From positions 77,226 to 113,210 of the forward strand of contig MGQF01000050.1 of the NCBI GenBank assembly GCA_001797745.1: DNA of 35,985 bases. The letters are read 5' to 3'. Of the stretch, positions 32,045 through 35,985 are shown piece by piece; positions within the stretch are counted from its first letter, which is position 1; every line of letters begins with the position of its first letter. The position numbers and the translations under genes were made by a program. A model generated the notes under the pieces. The model made no database searches. It had not been told where the DNA came from and was given only the letters and a program-made list of their open reading frames with translations. Source of the DNA: Deltaproteobacteria bacterium RBG_13_52_11. GTDB taxonomy: Bacteria; Desulfobacterota; B13-G15; RBG-16-54-18.

Positions 32045-33265
32045 TCATTTTATATCTTCCCCCATTTTTTCAACCTTTTTCCCCTTGATCTCGATCCTGC
32101 CGGTATCCAAGTGGAGGGTAATCTCATCTCCCCTTGTCCACTCTCCAATGCCCCTTATCTTGGCATCCTCCGTCATCACCATAGTTTTCTCAGTTGGGGA
32201 CCAAACGGCCTTCTTGCAGAAGATTTCTTGTTCCCCACGTTCCACCACCACCTCATCCCTGGCCACCATCTCCCTAGGGACATTACCCGCATCCATGGTC
32301 AGCAGGAGGGACTCGGCACGAATCATAACCTCTTCCCCCAAGGCCACCACGTCGCCTGTGTATAAAATGGCATTTTTCTCGGGGATGTTTTTAGTACTTT
32401 TGGCGGTGATGCGAAAAGGAAGGTTTTCTCCCGCCTTTGCAAGAGTCCTGGACTCTCTCAAACCCACTTCCTCGCTCGCAGGCGAGGCAGCAATCACACC
32501 TTCGACCTTCAGGCTGGCCAGAAGCTTTCTACCCTCCTTGGCAAAGGGGCTTTGAGGATAATCCTGTACCAGTTGTGTTAAGGGGGGGAGTGCCTCAGGG
32601 TCCTTCTCCTGTTTGTGCAGGGCAAAGGCAAGGTAATAGAGGGCCTCATCATCTAGGCCGCAGGCGGGGTACTTCGCCAACGCTGAGGACGCCCTCTTCT
32701 CTGCAGCAGAGTATTTACCCTTGCGGAGATAGAAGTGGGCGATATAGAGCTCGTTCTCTGCCAGTCTCCGCTGACAGAATAAGATCTTCTCCTGTGCCTT
32801 CTGCGCGAAGATGGTATCAGGGTAATTCGCTACCACATTTTGAAAGGCGGTCAGGGCCCTTTCCGTGGCCTTCTGGTCCCGATCCTTCGTTAATACCTGC
32901 CGGTAATGGCAAAGCCCTAATTGATACTCCACATAGGGGATATCGGGATGAAAGGGGTGCTGCTTTTTGAACTCCATATATCTGGTGATGGCCTCGGGAT
33001 ATTCCTTCCGGAAGAAATAACAGTCTGCAATCCGGATATCCGCCTTAGGGGCATAGAGCTCATCAGAGGGGAAGTAGTCCTTTAATCGGGTGAAGACCTC
33101 TATGGCCTCTTTATATTTTCCGTCATTGAATAAGACTATGCCATTGGTGTAGAGTACGGCGGGGTCCTTAGGAGCGGATTGGATCTTCTTCTTGCCGGCG
33201 CAGCCGACGAGCAACAGGGAGCATATCAGTACCACCCCCATCAGCTGAAAATATTTTGCCTTCAT
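32045..33265 (-). CDS. bamD: BamD (YfiO)-like TPR outer-membrane lipoprotein with a C-terminal OstA/LptA-like extension
   Basis: The lipoprotein signal is MKAKYFQLMGVVLICSLLLVGC, starting at the Met at 33265. TPR/BamD-like repeats follow (FNDGKYKEAIEVFTRL..., RIADCYFFRKEYPEAI...). The last ~140 aa are non-TPR and beta-rich, with LptA-like patterns (ILYTGDVVA..., TEDAKIRGIGEWTRGDEITLHLDTGRIEIKG). Confidence 0.7.
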   Translation of the reverse strand: MKAKYFQLMGVVLICSLLLVGCAGKKKIQSAPKDPAVLYTNGIVLFNDGKYKEAIEVFTRLKDYFPSDELYAPKADIRIADCYFFRKEYPEAITRYMEFKKQHPFHPDIPYVEYQLGLCHYRQVLTKDRDQKATERALTAFQNVVANYPDTIFAQKAQEKILFCQRRLAENELYIAHFYLRKGKYSAAEKRASSALAKYPACGLDDEALYYLAFALHKQEKDPEALPPLTQLVQDYPQSPFAKEGRKLLASLKVEGVIAASPASEEVGLRESRTLAKAGENLPFRITAKSTKNIPEKNAILYTGDVVALGEEVMIRAESLLLTMDAGNVPREMVARDEVVVERGEQEIFCKKAVWSPTEKTMVMTEDAKIRGIGEWTRGDEITLHLDTGRIEIKGKKVEKMGEDIK

Positions 33266-33325
33266 ATCATCATCCCCCTTCAATGCTGTATTCTATCATA
33301 TACAAAAATACCGTTTCCGTCAACA

Positions 33326-33883
33326 TTATAAGTCCAGCTGTTCACTGATCCCCTGCATGGCCTTGAGGCTCAGCTCGGCGAATTCCTCCAGGCTCAGGCC
33401 GAGCTTTTCGCACTCTCTAATGGCATCTCTGCGCACCCGTCGAGCAAAGCCCTTTTCCTTCATCCTCTTCACTATTGAAGAGGGTTTGACGCTGATTATC
33501 TTCTTGTCGGGATAGACCAGCGTGGTGGCCACGATTAAACCGGTGATGGACTCCGCACAGGTAATGGCAAAATGCAAGGGTTTCTCCCGTCTCATATGTA
33601 ATGCCTCGGCATTGTGGGCCTTGATGGCATCAATGATATCCTCCTTAACCCCCTTTTCCCGGAGGATCTCCTCGGTTCTCAGGGTATGACGGACAGGATC
33701 TTCCTTGGTCTCATCATAATCCAAATCATGGAGGAGACCGACGATTCCCCATCTATCGGGTTCATGACCCAACCGCTTTGCCAGGGCCTGCATCACCGCC
33801 TCAGTGGCTAAGGAGTGTTTGATGAGGACTTCCTCTTTACAATAATCCCTCAGCACATCAAAGGCCTCTTCTCGATTGATCAT
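33326..33883 (-). CDS. HD/HDIG-domain metal-dependent phosphohydrolase
   Basis: 185 aa with the H...HD signature (KHSLATE ... GLLHDLDY). Confidence 0.75.
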   Translation of the reverse strand: MINREEAFDVLRDYCKEEVLIKHSLATEAVMQALAKRLGHEPDRWGIVGLLHDLDYDETKEDPVRHTLRTEEILREKGVKEDIIDAIKAHNAEALHMRREKPLHFAITCAESITGLIVATTLVYPDKKIISVKPSSIVKRMKEKGFARRVRRDAIRECEKLGLSLEEFAELSLKAMQGISEQLDL

Positions 33884-34029
33884 CGCAACCCCCTGTGGAT
33901 CTTCGCTAACAAAAAACCATAGACGCTCAAAATAGTCAAGTTTTAGATCAGTTTTCCCTTGAAAAATTCTTTCGATACCTTTATCTTAAAGTTGATTTAT
34001 CCTTGCTATCGAAAAAGGAATATCCTTTC

Positions 34030-35322
34030 ATGCAGAAAAAGAGGGTTGTTATAACGGGGTTAGGCGCGGTCACCCCCATAGGAATCGGAAAGGAACCGTA
34101 TTGGCGGGCCCTCATGGAGGGGAAAACGGGGGTGGGTCGGGTCGAATTTCCCAATTTTGATATGGAGCAGTTCAGAACGAGGATCGGAGCGCAGATAAAA
34201 GACTTCTCCCTTCATGATTACCTTCCCTTTCATAAGGGTGACCGACACGTGGGTCGGGCCTCCCAATTTGCCCTCGTGGGGGCCAAGTTGGCCCTGGAGG
34301 ACGCAGAGATACAGCTCCTGCCCCGAGAGGGGGTGGAGGGAAGATACGAGCTCAACCACTCCGATTCCTTCAAGATCGGGGCGATTCTGGGGGTGGCGGC
34401 TGAGAATATGGAGATCGTGGAGGGTTCTTACGATAATTTGTTAAAGCACGGGGGGCCCCGGAGGCTTACCCCCTTCGCCCTCCCCAATGTCTACACCAGT
34501 TCGGTGGCCTCCAACGTCACCGAGAGATTCGGAATTCGGGGGACTACGTATGTGGTCTCCTCAGCCTGTGCCTCGGCCAGCCACGCCATTGCCACCAGCT
34601 ACGACAGGATACAGGATGGTCCCGAGGAGATGGTCCTCACCGGCGGCGCTGATGCCTGCATTACTCCCCTCCCTTTTGGGGGGTTCATCGCCCTGCGTGC
34701 CATGTCCACCCGCAACGACGAGCCGCAGAAGGCCTGCCGCCCCTTTGATCTGCACCGGGACGGCTTCGTCATGGGGGAAGGGGCAGGGATAATACTTTTG
34801 GAAGAGTTGAACCATGCCCTTAAGAGGGGGGCACCCATCTATGCCGAGCTCATCGGCTACGGCATGACCTCCGATGCCTTTCACATCGCCGAGCCGGACC
34901 CCTCGGCCATCTCGTTGTGCAGGGCCATCGAACAGGCCCTGGCAAAAGGAGGGATCGCCCCAGAAGAGATCGATTACATCAACCCCCATGGGACATCCAC
35001 CAAATTGAACGATGCCACCGAGACCAAGGCCATAAAAACGGTCTTTGGAGACTACGCCTATCAGATACCCATCAGCGCCACCAAGTCTATGACTGGACAC
35101 CTCCTCGGAGCAGCTGGCGGAGCGGAGGCTATCTGCACGACCCTCACTATCAAACGTGGAGTAATCCACCCTACCATCAACTATGAGTTCCCAGACCCTG
35201 AGTGCGATCTGGATTATGTCCCCGAAGGCCCTCGTGAGAAGGAGGTAAGAACAGCACTATCCATCTCTGCGGGGTTCGGGGGGGTCAACTGCGTACTCCT
35301 CTTCAAGGCCTTTGAATCGTAA
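34030..35322 (+). CDS. fabF: Beta-ketoacyl-[ACP] synthase II
   Basis: KRVVITGLGAVTPIG, active-site SSACASASHAI, and HGTSTKLND / GHLLGAAGG motifs. The ATG at 34030 is preferred over the listed TTG at 34003. Confidence 0.85.
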   Translation: MQKKRVVITGLGAVTPIGIGKEPYWRALMEGKTGVGRVEFPNFDMEQFRTRIGAQIKDFSLHDYLPFHKGDRHVGRASQFALVGAKLALEDAEIQLLPREGVEGRYELNHSDSFKIGAILGVAAENMEIVEGSYDNLLKHGGPRRLTPFALPNVYTSSVASNVTERFGIRGTTYVVSSACASASHAIATSYDRIQDGPEEMVLTGGADACITPLPFGGFIALRAMSTRNDEPQKACRPFDLHRDGFVMGEGAGIILLEELNHALKRGAPIYAELIGYGMTSDAFHIAEPDPSAISLCRAIEQALAKGGIAPEEIDYINPHGTSTKLNDATETKAIKTVFGDYAYQIPISATKSMTGHLLGAAGGAEAICTTLTIKRGVIHPTINYEFPDPECDLDYVPEGPREKEVRTALSISAGFGGVNCVLLFKAFES

Positions 35323-35324
35323 CT

Positions 35325-35921
35325 ATGCCTTGGGAAATTAAGGCCTCACTGCTCGCTATCATCCCCATCTTCGTCGCCATGGATGCTATAGGGGTCCTCC
35401 CCATCTTTACCTCCTTCACCGAGGAGATGAAGGGGAGAGAGAGGAAGCGGGTAGTGCGGGACTCCATCCTGACGGGTTTCGTGGTCAGCCTGGGGTTTCT
35501 CGCCGTGGGAAAGCTCATCTTTACAATCATCGGGGTTACTATCCCCGACTTTAAGGTGGCTGGCGGCATCATCCTGCTGGTCATCGCCATCCACGATCTG
35601 CTTTTCCCGGAAAAGAAGCGCGGAATAGCCGGGGAAACCGTGGGGTTCGTACCGTTGGGTGTGCCCCTGATCGTGGGCCCTGCCGTACTCACCACCATCC
35701 TCATCTCGGTGGATGCCTATGGATATATCTCTACCATCATCTCCCTGATCGTCAACCTCATCTTCGCCTGGTGGGTCTTTTCACGCGCCGACCTCTTGAT
35801 TCGCCTCCTGGGAGAGGGCGGGGCCAAGGGGTTGGCCAAGGTGGTCAGCCTGCTGCTGGCTGCCATTGCGGTGATGATGATAAGGAGGGGGATCATCGGC
35901 ATGATACAGGGAGGCATGTGA
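35325..35921 (+). CDS. MarC family (UPF0056) integral membrane protein
   Basis: 198 aa with six predicted TM segments. The N-terminal IIPIFVAMDAIGVLPIF pattern is typical of the MarC family. Confidence 0.7.
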   Translation: MPWEIKASLLAIIPIFVAMDAIGVLPIFTSFTEEMKGRERKRVVRDSILTGFVVSLGFLAVGKLIFTIIGVTIPDFKVAGGIILLVIAIHDLLFPEKKRGIAGETVGFVPLGVPLIVGPAVLTTILISVDAYGYISTIISLIVNLIFAWWVFSRADLLIRLLGEGGAKGLAKVVSLLLAAIAVMMIRRGIIGMIQGGM

Positions 35922-35925
35922 ACTG

Positions 35926-35985
35926 ATGGCTGCGAAGGTCTCTATCGCCAGATGCACCAAGTACGCCTATTCGCAGGTACTGGCG
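35926..35985 (+). CDS. 5' end of an ORF, possibly a DUF362-type protein (truncated by the window edge)
   Basis: The ATG at 35926 gives MAAKVSIARCTKYAYSQVLA. This resembles the usual N-terminus of DUF362 proteins, but only 20 codons are visible. Confidence 0.3.
   Translation, partial: MAAKVSIARCTKYAYSQVLA

Noticed and set aside
34561-35169. 202-aa minus-strand ORF within fabF
   Set aside because: It is antisense to a textbook KAS II gene in GC-rich DNA. It is a shadow ORF.
1-35985. Search for CRISPR arrays, tRNA/rRNA genes and defence-system gene sets
   Set aside because: I saw no regularly spaced direct repeats, no cloverleaf-type or rRNA-like segments, and no nuclease, helicase or methylase type ORFs. 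The accessory content here is catabolic and transport-related.

Overview
The window appears to come from a Gram-negative, probably strictly anaerobic bacterium; taxonomy cannot be fixed from this sequence alone. Bases 1-29300 form a dense catabolic and transport island. Bases 29300-35985 are ordinary housekeeping genes: a LapA-like protein, a DUF4124/retropepsin-like protein, rimO, a bamD-like gene, an HD hydrolase, fabF, a MarC-family gene and a partial ORF.

One minus-strand array runs from 19468 down to 7636. It encodes an IclR regulator, a cyclase-family hydrolase, a BKACE lyase, an SDR reductase and a 3-hydroxyacyl-CoA-dehydrogenase-family enzyme, followed by a five-gene Liv-type ABC importer and acetoacetyl-CoA synthetase. 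I read this as an anaerobic phloroglucinol ring-cleavage pathway with its own uptake system and acetoacetate salvage.

Further left are a TetR regulator, a decayed flavoprotein pseudogene, a dctPQM TRAP system, a small 4-Cys protein, a LigW/gamma-resorcylate-type amidohydrolase-2 decarboxylase and a TauE-family permease. These may form a hydroxybenzoate feeder module.

The plus-strand block from 20124 to 29299 begins with an OsmC-like gene that has an in-frame TGA at the active-site Cys position (candidate selenoprotein). It continues with an IS1595-like transposase relic, an orphan TRAP dctQM pair and OadG/OadB-type Na+-decarboxylase membrane subunits that have no catalytic partners nearby. 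It ends with a four-gene benzoyl-CoA-reductase / 2-hydroxyacyl-CoA-dehydratase-family module flanked by two different BcrAD-type ATPases. That module has no cognate pathway genes in the window and is the best candidate for an uncharacterised system.

Non-coding observations include a 262-bp MITE-like element, a dispersed intergenic repeat family, gene relics in operon spacers, strong intercistronic hairpins and several candidate operators, promoters and terminators. No rRNA, tRNA or CRISPR array was seen.
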